A stretch of DNA of 64,000 bases from Basidiobolus meristosporus CBS 931.73 (lineage: Eukaryota > Fungi > Basidiobolomycota). The stretch's first letter is position 1. Each line of letters starts with the position of its first letter. The stretch is taken from contig MCFE01000306.1 in NCBI GenBank assembly GCA_002104905.1, positions 1 to 64,000 on the forward strand, given 5' to 3'. A model generated the notes under the pieces. The model was not told the DNA's origin. It did not search any database and saw only the letters and a list, made by a program, of their open reading frames with translations. Made by a program: the position numbers and the translations under genes. This document shows positions 8,870 to 22,756 of the stretch, in pieces.

Positions 8870-11800
8870 GCCATATGATTGAGTGTGTGAGCAAACTACG
8901 ATAACAGTATATTCGATTATTGGTTGTGCCACAAGCTCACTGTCATGATTATAATAAAGCCAGGCTTGAGCTATTAAACATCTTCATAACAAGGATGGTT
9001 TTCGTATATAAAACTCGCCAAATTGTTTGTGCTCGTTGGAATGGCAGAACTGGAAGCTGGCTCTCAATACGATATATTTATATATGAGATGAATCATATA
9101 GTTTGGCTATGGTTAGGGTTGTGACTCGCGACTTTGACGCCCGAGTTGCTTTCCCAGAATTTACACTAGAAAGGATTGTAGGGCAAAACATTCACCAATA
9201 TGTCTTGTTTATATTACAATCTTTTTTTCATTTTTATACACATATGATGAAAAATATCAAGACTTGGCGGAATAAAGGAATTCAGAAAATTAAATAATAT
9301 AGAATATATACACACGGGTCAGTTCGATTGTATCTTCCAAGCAATTGAAAGTATATGGTCGCTCCCCATAATGAATGAATGAAGTGCAGCAAGTAACGAG
9401 TGCGTGTGAAACGGTGGTTTGAAGGTCAGTAGTTCCACATTAGAAACATAATCTGACCCGTTTACCAGAAGGGATACTCTCCCCCTCGCTCCACATGTTC
9501 TCGCGGCATCGCTTGCCCATCTCTGATTGTTGAGATTGCTCATCGTTCTCAGAGACCAGATATGAGGTCAAGTTGTCACAAGATGTGGGGGATTGATGGT
9601 GGGGAGCTTCTGATATCCAGTTCAACATTTAGCCAACAATTAAAAATCAAGGAATATTGTTGGGCAAAATACCAACCATGATCAAGTGCGCTAGAGGTTT
9701 CTTCTTGCGGAATACTCTCATTATGCCGATCGGTTTCTTTAGAACAATAAAGAAAATAGATGATAAACATGCGTCTGAAATGCAAGAAACGCAGATTGAT
9801 AATGACGGATATAATCCTTACCAGTCATTATTAAATCAGAGGAATGCTTAACTGGGACAGGAACTTCCACGAATTCCTCATCCTCCTCTTGACTTAAGGA
9901 AGCAAGTTCACGCTTGGTTGCCTTGCGAAAATTGATAAGGAGCAATCTCGTACGTAAATTTTGCTCCCTTTTCTTTGAACGGTTATATTTCCGAAGTTTA
10001 CGATTACAGCTTCCCAAGACATTTTCCATGAACATAAAGTCGAAAAGCTGATTCATAATTCGTATATTCAAGTGAATCTTTAGACGAAAGTCTGAATTTG
10101 ACTAGTTCGAGAGTAGTCAAGGAATTAAAGGAATAAAGGGAACTTCCGTACGATAGATAGAGGAAAAAGTTCAAACTGAAGATGTGCGCAAGCGGTGCAG
10201 TTATATAGTGTCGAGCCCCCCAATTCTTTGAGGTTCCTTAATATTCTATTGGTACGCGGATGATTTTTATCAGCCAATTGATTGTGGGCCAATTATCGTG
10301 CATTTCGCACCGGAACGTAATCTCTGCCACTGTGTATATTCTTAAACTGGAGAATGAATATCATTTCCGTGAGAAGGCCTAAAATGTGTGGAAGGGGGAC
10401 ATGTGAAATCACCGAAATTGGTTTCATTGAGCTTGATTCAGTCCCATATGCAAACATAAATGGAACCTTCTATGCCCTTGTGACCGAATCGAGTGCCACT
10501 TTAAAGAAGGAGCATAGTACTCTGCATTGATTGCGTCACGACTTCAATATGAAACCCTGAATACGAGGCTGCGAGTCGATTGATCGTTCCCGATTGCCGC
10601 ATAGGCAATGTATAATAGTGATCAGTATTGATAGCTTTGGATTATTTCTGGTTATGCAGCAAGATAAATCCAGGCGAAGTTCGATCCATTTGGGGCGCAA
10701 TAGACTATTGTTGATCTGGTGAATGTGCAAGTATATGATGAGACACAGAATCCCATGCTAAACACAAACTTAATCTGCAGAATATTGCCTTCACTCCTGT
10801 GGTGAGTGAATTTATGTGTGCATCTGCAGGCGGAGTTAAGATCCACGCAAGTGTCCACGAAGTAATAAAGATCGTTATGCAACAATTCCTTACCAACAAG
10901 CAACCCATTTTGTTGCGTAGGTCGCTTTTATTACATTTGAGAAGAGGCCATTTACATTTACGCTGTTGATATACGGATCAGCATTTGCCATGGAAAGCGC
11001 CTACCTATACTCCGATCTAGGGGAGTAATCTAGAGTTAGTAGGTAGACCTATCGGATGAAATGGTTTTGAGGACTTCGGATTGTCGGCTGGTATTTATTA
11101 AGAAGATCCCTTTGAAATAACCTTTGTCAGATCGAAGTATTGTATTATGTAACCTGCTCACTTGTTTCTTAGCATTATTGAGAAACCCCCATGACAAACC
11201 TAATCAAACAGAAATGTTGATCTAGTGAACGAATTTCTACATGAATACAAATCAAGTCACCTTGCAAATATTAAAATCGTTCGTCCCAGAACATTGGACA
11301 AATTCGTTCAGAGATTTTACGATTGTGTAATGCCTTTGTCCTAGGTTGGCGTTATTGGTCGTGTCGGAAGAACTTTGAGACGAGTATTGCGTCGACATAG
11401 CCGAGTTTACGTTTCGCAAATTTCCGAACCTACATATGGGTGGCTCTATAAGGCGAGGCTAGGAATGTCTCCCCTGGGGGCTCCGTGCTAAATATATACA
11501 TCCTAGTCATTCCTAGGAAATAGTATGAGTGTGTTGTCAGAGCTCAGGAGATCCTATGGAGATACTTTTCGCTATCGGAATTTGTGCCGCTACAATTTGT
11601 TTAGTCGACGCATGAAATGGCTTCCGAAATAGGAGCATCCTGTTAGCTTACTTGTATTATAGCTCGGCTATGGATAACACTACTGAACTTCAGTATCCAC
11701 TCTATCACATTCCATGTTCAAATGATGCGAACTTCCTTATAATAGATTACGATTGGATCTTTCTAGTCCCTGGATAATATCACGAGGAACATCAAGGATT

Positions 11801-12686
11801 ACTGTTATTCTCACTCTTCGCTATATTCCATCCATGTCGTCATTATTGTGTTTAAAGTCCTAGTAGTTATCTTTGTCAATAAGCAAGAGCAGGCATATAA
11901 TCCCGACAAGGCCTGATACAGAATAGGTAGATCTGTGACGCTGTTAACAGGTTAAATTTGTTTTAGGTATTAGCAGGTCACAAATATTTGAGGCGGTACT
12001 GGGCGAGCAGCTTTAAGCTCCTCGCACTCGAGCTTCAAAACGGAATGTTATGTTCGGGCCATATATAAAGATTGCGACCCGTTGCTGCGCGTCTTAGCAC
12101 TGCTGTTGACGTAAACTCCAGCCAATAGAACCATACCAAACAGCTGCTAACTGCCCAGAGTGCTAACCCAAATGGCCAGAAAGGCATTCCAAGAGCTTTC
12201 AAGAAATTGTACATAGCAAAAAATCCCTTCTTGGGAACGCCGATTTATAGATTATGGCTCAACTGGAATCGCTGAGGACTTGGTTTTGAAATGGCGAGAA
12301 ATCACCTGGCTTGCTATATGAAAAACGATCCTAGCACACAGTGGTTTGTGAATCCCAGTACCATGGGACAAGATATAGGTGGTGAGAAACAATCATGTGG
12401 CATTGGTAGAATCCGCATTGATATGCTAATGTTGGGGGGGGGGAAAGATTATATGGAGAATTACCTACAAGAGGGGAAAGTACAAGGATTTGGGCATATT
12501 TTTCAGCCGAATGATAGCATCAATCTCGGATAAACAAGTAGGAGCCTCACAACGTATTTGATAAATTTCCCACAGATGGTACCAAAATGCTTCACCGATA
12601 TTTTTGGCGAGGTATCAAGATCATGGACATAAATACTTGATTCGCCTCTTCAATAACCAAGTGTATCAATAACTACAACTTCAAAT

Positions 12687-14781
12687 ATGCCCATGCTAAG
12701 CTCACGAATACTCACCTTGGCTCAGCCTAGCCTCAGGCATCATGCGAGACCTTTGTTTGCGCGTCGTCTATATTCCTCATACACCAATTCAAGTAGTGAC
12801 AACCTAGCAAAGCAAGTGCCGTATACCTCAGAGTCTCACCCGCACCTTCAGCGAGACTCGAGATTCAAAAAGGTACTTCGGCAATTCCTTACCCTATGGC
12901 TATCTACGGAATTCCAACATTCTTCCCTACCCTCAAGCTTACTTCTGAAGACATACACTACTTCAAAAGTGTTTTGCCTCCAAATAGTGTACTGGAGGCT
13001 GATGGCGTAAATTATACCGAGGAGGATTTGCTACCTTATAATCAGGACTGGTTCAAAACTTACCGCGGCAACTCTAAAGTAGTTTTGAAGCCGCGTACAG
13101 TCACTGAAGTCTCAGATATTCTGAAATACTGCAATAATGAAGGGTGATTAACTTTATCCAACACTTTCTGCCGGCAGCATAATTAATACTCATTGATTCA
13201 GGCTCGCTGTTGTTCCTCAAGGAGGCAATACTAGTGTTTGTGGTGGATATCTTGATTCTCCCCAATCCAACCGAGTTTGAAATTAACAGCGGTCTGATAG
13301 GCGCTTCTGTTCCGGTATTCGATGAAATCGTGATCAATACCTCCAATATGAACAAAATCCGGTCGTTTGACGCATTATCAGGTAGGTTACTATTTTCATT
13401 CCGCACCTCCTACTTAGCTCATAGCTCCTTATGTCTAAGGCGTGGTCACATGTGATGCTGGTTGTATACTTGAGAATCTTGACGATTATCTAGCTGAGAG
13501 GAATTACATGGTTCCATTGGATCTAGGGGCGAAGGGATGGTAAGCAAAAGCGTTTATGGTATCTCGATGATTTGTTTATAAACGGTCGAATTGATTCTCT
13601 AGTTGTCAAATCGGTGGAAACATATCTACAAATGCTGGAGGCATACGGTTTCTTCGCTATGGTTCACTACGTGGAAACGTGCTAGGACTAGAAGCTGTTC
13701 TACCTGACGGGACCATATTGGACAATATGTCCACTTTGCGAAAAGATAACACAGGATACGACTTGAAGCAGCTGCTCATTGGGGCTGAAGGAACATTAGG
13801 AATGGTTACTGGGGTGTCCTTACTAACTCCTAGACGTCTCAAAGTTATCAATGCGGTGCTGTTTGGACTAAATTCCTTTGATCAAGTTCAAGAGACCTTT
13901 GTAAAGGCCAAAGACAAACTCAACGAGATTCTGTCAGCATTCGAATTTTGGGACGAACCATCCTTATACTATGGGCAACACTTGACTTCAAAGGATTATC
14001 GAGTTCCCCTCGAGAAAAAGTATCCATTTTATGTCCTTGTCGAAACCAGAGGGTCTCATGAGGAGCATGATCGCCAGGTACTGTTTTTGATAGCTTATTA
14101 GCAGGTAATATTTGAATTTACACCATGACTATAGAAACTCGAAGCCTTCATAGAAGACTTATTCGACCAAGGCCAAATTGGAGATGGTGTTATTGCCCAA
14201 GATGTAGCCCAGGTAATACTTATTTACCTATAGCTCAATGATCATAAGAAATGTCAAACTAAAGTTTGCATACTAGTTCAACAACTTGTGGTCTATTCGG
14301 GATTCCCTAGGTGAATCGTGGGGAGGTGGGATGCCAATGTACAAATACGACTTGGGTCTACCGGTGCCTGTTCTATATAAAATAGTTGAAAATCTAAGAG
14401 AACGCCTACAGCATCATGGTGTCCTGGGGCCAAATGGACCAGCCAAGCATGTAACAGGATTTGGGCATATTGGTGATGGTAATATCATGGTTGAAATGCC
14501 TCAACTTTAACAATGGCTAACAGTATTGAATCTGGTTAGGTAATCTACATTTGGGAATATTTGCTGAGCGGTATGATGACAAATTGGCTTCGCTTATTGA
14601 GCCTTACGTATTTGAGTTCGTGGAGAAGTATAATGGCTCCGTAACCGCTGAACATGGCCTGGGTATTAAAAACAGCACTTTCATTGGCTATTCAAAGAGC
14701 CCTGCCATGGTGAACTTAATGAGAAGCATGAAGAGCGAGCTCGACCCAAAGGGCATCATGAACCCATACAAGGTGCTTTAA
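12687..14781 (+). CDS. DLD2: FAD-linked D-2-hydroxyacid (D-lactate/D-2-hydroxyglutarate) dehydrogenase, paralog 1; about 9 exons; mitochondrial presequence
   Basis: Exon translations [105 protein letters not shown] introns join them in frame. Confidence 0.9.
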
Positions 14782-14902
14782 AGATGCTAATAAATGAAAT
14801 ATATTTAATGCTTTTTAAATGGGCATAGGTCTCAAGGTGCTCATAGATTACATAAACACACATTTACATAGAGATAATCTGGTGTTGGATTTGGCGTTTA
14901 GG

Positions 14903-16404
14903 TTAGATCTTGTACCCGCATTCGGATAGGGACTCCTTTACGACATCTAGAACTCTAGTTATATGTTGTCGTTGTGGCTCGACAACGCTAATACCCATAT
15001 GCCTGGCAGATATACATGGATTAGTGAGGTTCTATACGATAATGATCAAATATCATACCCTATTCTGAAATATTTGCTTGCGTTTTCTTTGTGAATGCCT
15101 CCAGCGATTGTTACACCACGAGCGGCAATCTTTGGTAGAAAGTCTGCTGCAGTGACATTGTCAGGATAGTAAACGGCAGTCATTGCGTGAGCAGCAACAT
15201 CACGCGAAACGGGAACCTGGATATGCTCACTTAATGCGGGTTATTCACATTTGGGATTGCGAACAAGGCTCACCAATTGCAGTCCCCAGCTTTCAATGGT
15301 GTCTTTGAAGCTATCGCTCACTTCGCGGTGCTTAGCAAAATTGTTTTCAATTCCAAAAGCCTCAAGTCTCTTCAGAGCAACATTCAATGCCATGACGTTC
15401 TGAACTGCTGGTGTTGCGAAGTAGCTTGCTTTACGGGCTTCGTAGTTTCTCATAATTGGAATCCAACGATTCCAGCCGGCGTAGTAGCTTGAAGGAGGTG
15501 TAGTACGCTTCTCGAACACACTCTGCCAAGAGTTAAGTTAAGAAAATCTGGGGCACAGAGAATTCACTTGAATATACTCACAATAGCACGCTGGCTTGCT
15601 ACCAACAAAGAAAGACCAGGAGGGGCTCCAAGAGCTTTCTGACTCCCGGTCAAAACAACATCCACTCCCCAGTCGTCCATTTTGATGTTCTCACACCCAA
15701 CTGAACATACACCATCAACCACGACCAATGTATTAGGGAATTTCTGGCGAACCAATTTTGCCACACCTTCGATATCCGCCAATACACCGGTGGATGTGTC
15801 AACGTGAGTGAGCGTAATGACTTTGTATTTCTTTTCATTCAATGCTTGCTCTATTTTCTGAAGTGTGGGGCGGGAACCGAACTCCGAGGGAAGATACTGA
15901 ACTTGAGCGCCATAATTCTTTAGGCTTAAGAAAAAAGAATCAATGAAACAGGTGACTTAGGGGAAAGGCATGGAGGATACATACCATTCACCAAAATTAT
16001 CACCGAAGTATCCATTACTCACAACCAACACGTTTTCGTCCTTCTCGATTAAATTGGCAGCCACCATATCCCAGCCGAGGGTGCCTGAGGCGGTGATGAT
16101 GAATGGTTGGCCCTCTTTACTAAACAACACTTTACGAAAGAGTTCCAGCGACTCCCCGAAGATATTTATGAACTTAGGGTCTACGTGAGAGGTGGCCCCA
16201 ACTTTCATAGCTTCCAAGACTTCTTCATGAAACTCAATAGGACCTTTAGAGTAGAAAAGGTGGTAATGAGCAGCTGTGCGATACATATATATTAGATAGT
16301 GAATTCTCGAATGAGCGCTAACCAGGAATCATGCACAAGTTACGATTAGTGCTGAGCGCACGAACCGCGTCTAAGGCTTCGGTGGCAACAGCTTGTGTGG
16401 ACAT
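14903..16404 (-). CDS. AGX1: Alanine:glyoxylate aminotransferase (class V PLP aminotransferase), multi-exon
   Basis: MSTQAVA...LCMIPG|PIEF, SHVDP, SGTLGWD, GYFG, THVDTSTGV, VDGVCSVG, GSQKALGAPPG, YFATP, IAGGIH, YFRIGHMG. Stop TAA at 14903-14905. Confidence 0.9.
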
Positions 16405-16699
16405 TCTTGCCTCAGACAACGACCCAAAGGAATGAAGGAGGGCATTTTTAGGACAAATACGAGAAATATGTTTAGCAAACATAGGTAATAATTTTATTGC
16501 TACAAAGAGTCAAAAACTTCGGAGCTATAAAAAACGTGGAGTATTTAAAGGTTTTAGTTCGGTGCTAGAGCCCGCCGTGAGGTTTGATGAGTTCTTATCG
16601 CATAATCAAGATTCCATCTCAAAGTGGCAAAACGTATGAGGTTGACCACATGTTAACTCGATGCTGATTGTTTGCTGCTAGTGCTAAACGCCTTACATC

Positions 16700-18100
16700 T
16701 TGTGGGGCTGGGAGTGATGGTGATAATCTTACCCAACCCATCTAAATCACTGAAACGAATAGCTGAACTTGAGAAAATCAACTTACTTTTCGGCACCTTA
16801 AATGAGAAAAGCTCGCTTTCCCTGCCAAGTTTGTAACTCAGGTCTTAGATAGCCTTCTGCCACATTCCATATCCGGAAATGAGCAATAGGATTTTACCCG
16901 AGTCGTAGATTGCGATAATATCCCAAGCTTGCTGGGCATGCATCACGGAGATGGCTTGATTACATCACTATTCTCCATGATTGATCAGGAGCGATATTCA
17001 AATCCCCTTGGTGTCATCGGCACTAACACCCGATCCCAGAGTGCTAGGACATGTTAGCTGGAGAGCTCTCATCAGTCCTGATCAAATCTGCTTAGCTTTT
17101 GCTGAAGTCAGGAGGATTAATGTCAATTGATGCCATTTGCACCACCTGTATGTCTTGTTTATTAGGATATGATATCATACACTGGCCATTAGCAGTGGCA
17201 TTCCTAAACCATCCCGTTTCGCAATCCGGGCCAATTGAATAGCCATACCACTGAGGCAGAGCAAATGCACTTTGGTAAATGCAACGTCGATGAACAAAGC
17301 TTGGTAATAGGGTCTTGATAACAGGTGTGTTGATGGTATAGATTGTGTGAAGCGACCTACTAACCGCAATCTGCATCTGCATTGGGTTTCTGTGAATCAA
17401 CCTGGCGAGGCAATTCTCCATAAAATGGATTTCGATAGCCTGGTCACAAGCCCCTCATTGCTTTGATTTTCTCAATTGTCGGGAGCTGCTGGAATTTTAA
17501 GTTTGATGCCATAAGGCATATGCTAATAATGAGGTAATTGTAGTTATCACATGCCCAAGGCTTCCGGAAGCCCTGTTTTGTGATGAGCATACATGATGTT
17601 TGAGCAAATGGTCGGCTGGCTTCGGGTCGAGGATCTTTCCAGGTTTCAATTGACAGGTGGTGCATTCGCAGTTATGCCAATACTCAAGGGTTTCGATTTG
17701 GAGATGCGATTTACAAAATCGAATCCAAAATCAGCACAAACACATCAATCAACCTAGACACGTTGAGGAGTATACCGAGGGCCTCTAAGCCATTTGGAAA
17801 TAGCTAGGCAGAGTGGAGCTACGCTACCTGTAAGGGCCTGGTCGGATGAGTTAAGACCATATGGGATGGCGCACAAACATAAGCACTACAGTTCTCCACA
17901 GAAGCAGTTTCTCCTGCATTAATAAGTGACATGTCCAATAGGAATGCATAATCAATCCATCGATTAGTAAATCTACCTCTCGCTGCTTGTATGGCAAGTA
18001 ATGAGATGTCTTTTCTAGTTGGTGTGCATTGCGTCCAACTACACGATTCAATCGATAGAAAGAGAAGAGGGGGAATGAACGGTACACCTTCTCTGTCGTA
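16700..18100 (-). pseudogene. Decayed AMP-binding enzyme (acyl-CoA synthetase / 4-coumarate-CoA-ligase-like) relic
   Basis: Collinear degenerate motifs with stops and frameshifts: IMYAHHKTGLPEALGM (~17550-17597, cf. ILYSSGTTGLPKGVML), LPHY*HMPYG (cf. LPLFHIYG), SLHTIYTINTP (cf. SLR.I..GGAP), PQWYGYS (~17240-17258, cf. QGYGLTE), LGYYRN (~16905-16927), GKRAFLIKV (cf. DRLKELIK). Confidence 0.45.
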
Positions 18101-19011
18101 CAGTGCTTGGGATACAGCGGAACTCGGTTCTTAAGGTGACAAAATCCAAAAACCTAGTCATAATGAATTTGGTTCATTGTTAGCAAAATTCAAAATAATG
18201 TCGGATATGACAGGGATGGGATACATCGCGACTCAGTGCTGTTGCACATCTATCTATTCGTCGCAGTCTGAGGGTGGGATCTGATTTGGGATTGCTCGAT
18301 CATAGACGGATCCGATCTTTCACAGATGCGGGATTCATCTTTGGCAAGCCTCAACCTCTGCTGAACGTGTAATTCTATGGTTAGATTCATCAAGTCAATG
18401 CAGCCACCTCAAACGCTCATGGGAACCGAGTTATTGTGGTAGTCTAGTGCTGGTGGACGGGTGCGAGTGAGATGGGAGTAGCCACAAGTAAATCGCATAT
18501 CCGGGATGTGTACGTTCCTACTTCCGGAGTCCGACATGATGTCTGATTCAGTTGGAACAGAGATTAGCGTGATTGGATGTGCATAAAGAGGTTTTAAAGT
18601 ATCTTGCTTAAGGGTCATATATGTGCCAAGCTTCTATTGTATCATGCGATTTGCACCAGTCAAAATAACTGAAGAACACCTCTGATTGCATACGCTTGGA
18701 TTTCCTTCCATCGTTGCTTCCTCCCATATTGCGCTAATGGGAATATTACTCATCGAAGTTTGTATCATAAGATTTCACCTACAATAGCAACCAAATGGGT
18801 GATTGGGACATATGGTTTAGGATGTATTCATTTCCTACAACACAATTGATCCGACGATTTCATTTCTCTAGCCTCGATGGTACTTTCTGGGAAACTGCAT
18901 CTATCAGCTCTGTGGGATCATGCTACCTTAAGATGTTCGTGAATCCTTATAAATTGAGTTGGTCTACTTCTCTCCAACTCAGACTGATCACCCATCTGAA
19001 CTCTGTAGAGC

Positions 19012-21056
19012 ATGTTCTTGTCAAAGCTTATCTTACGCCGAGGTCCCACTTTCCCTCGCCCCGCAACATTCGCCCATCTCCATCGCATCCAAAGGACTTC
19101 TCCTTATTCACATCAAAAGATATTGTACTCCTTTTACTCCACCAAGACTGCTCCAGCTGAGGTGGAACCAGAGAGGGCCGACTACCAGGTCCCGTACACG
19201 TCTGACAGTTTCCCGCACATCAAACGTAACCCAGCGTTCAAAAAGGTCAGTCTTCCTCTGCCCGTTTTCGCTGAATTCGTTGCTTATCTATATTGGCTCA
19301 GGTTACATCACAAGACATCCAGTACTTCAAGAGCATTCTCGCCCCAGAGGGGGTTTTGGTGAACGATGGAGTTCGCGCAGATGAGTATGATTTGCTCTCG
19401 TACAACCAGGATTGGTTCAGGAGCTTCAGAGGCAAATCTCAAGTGGTTCTAAAACCCCGCACTACCGAGCAAGTCTCCAAATTGGTAAGTTACTGCAATG
19501 CAGAGAGGTAAGATACTCATTTCTCATGATCGCGATACAAAATACCGAATCTAATTCGGCGATCCAGGCTGGCTATCGTTCCCCAGGGCGGAAACACTGG
19601 TGCCGTAGGTGAGTAGTCACTCAGCTGTTTGTATGCTTCCCTTTAGTAATCAATAGTCCTGGGAATATAGGTGGTGGTGTGGCTATCTTCGATGAGATTG
19701 TTGTCAGCACATCCAATTTAAATCAGATCCGAGAATTTGATTCGGTCACGGGAGTGGTTACATGCGATGCAGGGTGCATTCTGGAGAACGTCGACAATTA
19801 TGTAGCAGAAAGAGGCTACATCGTGCCATTAGACCTGGGATCTAAGGGAAGGTCAGTAACTTGAATCAAAGGAAGCTACGGGCCCACGCACATGCAATTC
19901 TAACCGCTGTTTGCTCTCGCACAGTTGCCAAATTGGTGGCAATGTCTCTACAAACGCTGGAGGAATTCGACTATTAAAATACGGATCACTTCATGGAAGC
20001 GTGCTCGGCTTGGAAGTGGTTCTACCAGACGGAAGAATAGTTGATGGCCTATCGAAGCTTCGCAAAGACAACACGGGTTACGATCTAAAGCAGCTTTTCA
20101 TCGGATCGGAAGGTACTCTTGGGATAGTCACCGGTGTCTCACTCCAAACACCCAAGCGGCCAAAAGCCATGAATGTTGCTATGGTGGGAGTCGAGTCGTA
20201 CGAGAAGGTACAAAATGCCTTTCATCGGGCCAAAGAGGATCTGTCAGAAATCCTGTCTGCATTTGAGTTCTGGGATTCCGGGTCTATGCATTATGGAAAA
20301 GCCCTAGGGTCGAAAAACTTCAAAGCCCCATTTGAAAAAGACTACCCATTTTATGTGTTGGTGGAAACTAGTGGGTCGAATGAGGAGCATGATACCGAGG
20401 TAGGTTTAGGTCCAGCAAGATCACCTCAGAAGCTCGCTAACTTTTATATTCCAGAAACTAGGATGCTACCTAGAAGGCCTTTTTGAAAATGGTCACATTG
20501 AAGATGGGGTAATTGCTCAGGATCACACACAGGTATGGATGCTGGGAAATCAAGCGGTAACCAGTAGCAATCCTGTTTCTGACTCTTTTGTTCTTAGTAC
20601 ACCAATCTTTGGTCCATTCGCGAGTCGCTGGGGGAGGCTTGTGGAGCACCGGTGCCTATATATAAATACGATATCAGTCTTCCAGTGCCAGTTTTATACG
20701 ACTTGGTAGAAGAGCTAAGAGCGCGTCTGGTGGAGCATGGGATGATGGGTCCCCAAGGGCCCGTCAGCGACGTAGTAGGATTTGGACATATTGGGGATGG
20801 CAATCTACATCTCACCGTCTTTGCCAAAGAATTGGATTCCAAGGTCAAGTCTCTCATTGAGCCATTTATCTACGAATGGACCAGCAAATATCACGGATCC
20901 ATTGCGGCTGAGCATGGAATCGGATTGAAGAACTCCAAGTTCATCAAGTATTCCAAATCGCCCACCCAGGTGAATCTGATGGAACAGATCAAGAAAACCA
21001 TGGATCCAAACGGGATTATGAACCCTTACAAGGTCTTCGCCACACATGATTATTAA
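19012..21056 (+). CDS. DLD2: FAD-linked D-2-hydroxyacid dehydrogenase, paralog 2; about 7 exons; mitochondrial presequence
   Basis: Same motif series as paralog 1 ([91 protein letters not shown]). Shared intron positions. Confidence 0.92.
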
Positions 21057-22756
21057 TATACTGGTGGCCTGTGACGAAACAACTGTATCAGTTCCCTGTA
21101 CCACCGCCAAATTTTCCCTCAACACCTGTACAACAGCGCATCCTACTAATTTCGAAACATACCATTCGTGGACAATCCCTTACTTTAGCATATCACTTCG
21201 TGTAATACTATCAATCTCTCAAGCGCTCTTCCTTAGGAGCATGGAAATAAAAGTAAACAAAAGCAATATTATTATCCTCATCACATTTGGTACCCCTGGC
21301 CGAAAAAGCACCATGACAGTGTTTGCCAAGACCTCTGTTGACGAGGTATGACGTTGGGCACTTGCTCCTTCCGAGTAATCATAGATTATAGCTATATGAA
21401 GCCGAGGAATTTAACAATTCAGTGGCGTGCCATAAGCCGGGAATCAAGGTGGCCAGTAGACATAAAGTACATCACGAAAGAAAAGATATGAAACAAACGA
21501 TATACTATGGCGGGAATGTCTTTATTCTCCTGCACATACGAGTCATCCCTCATCTATATTGACTAATAAATCAGACACAATGGTGTTGTGCTCAATATGG
21601 TTACAGACTGAATCAAATGAATAAGAATTCTGATTACTTGGAGACAATCGTTAATATTAAATGTGCTGTTTATTACCCTCAAATCCGCACTTGCAAGACA
21701 TTGATTGAATTAGGCATTACATATTGATGTGGATATTTATTGACATTCATTGTGCATGGATTATGGATTTCCTTTGGATAAACCAGACTACCCAAACTCA
21801 ATTCATATAAAATCAAGTAATGGATGGGTAAGCTTTCTACCAACGGTTCAGTATACTAGCCCTACCAGGATTATATTGCCAAGTGCATTAAAGGTTTCTC
21901 CACTAAATCACTCTTATAACCATACGTCAGACCTAAATTATGGCCCGTTACCTACTACTGGTGGTTGTATTCCTTGCTACAAGCACTTCACTAGCCACCC
22001 TGGATGCCACCATATTCCGCATTGCCAAGATCTTTCCAGCAAACGACACAGTCTATCATACACATAATGCGAGCCTCTGGAAGCAGTTTGGAAGGCAGAG
22101 GCGGGATGTAATAGAGTTGAATTCTGGTGGTCGTAGAGTTGCTCAGAGTCGTGCTCTCCCTATAGCTAAGAACTGTATTCGGTGCTATGGTACCTACTTC
22201 TTATTTCCGGACTTGGAGGAGATGGCGAGGCCACATTTGAAAACCAGCGCTCTCTTGAGCAGAAGTAGAATTATACCTGAGAGATCCCACATTGCCCGAG
22301 CAAGAAACCACCTCCACTCCTAGTGATCTTCCCGGTTTAGGGTATCAGTGCACGAAGTGTAGTTCGGCAGTTTGAATCCAGCCGCTTGTAACAATCATAA
22401 GCGTGACTGCAAGGAGCCCAGTATTGAAAAAGGGTAGATCATTAACTTGCGACATAGTCTATTGTTGGATCGCGCGAATAGCGTGGTACGAAACGGAAGG
22501 TAGCATAAACGATCGAAGTATAACAAACTGTTCCGTTAGTAAGCCATTTCCCAACAATGTGACCCTGCTTCCATGTATCAATTTTGTATTGCCGAGGTTG
22601 GTTCTTTAACACGGAAAAATTCCACTGGACCAGCGCTTTTTTATTCTTTGATGATATGAAGTGGGAATAATTAAGGTATATAATACAGATCTAGAATAGC
22701 AAGGGTGCGTCGCTTGCAAGCTATATCATTTACAACAAACCGATTGGAAGGGATAT

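Noticed and set aside
9576-10071. Two minus-strand ORFs that might be exons of a small gene
   Set aside because: Could not find a consistent splice phase or any recognisable domain.
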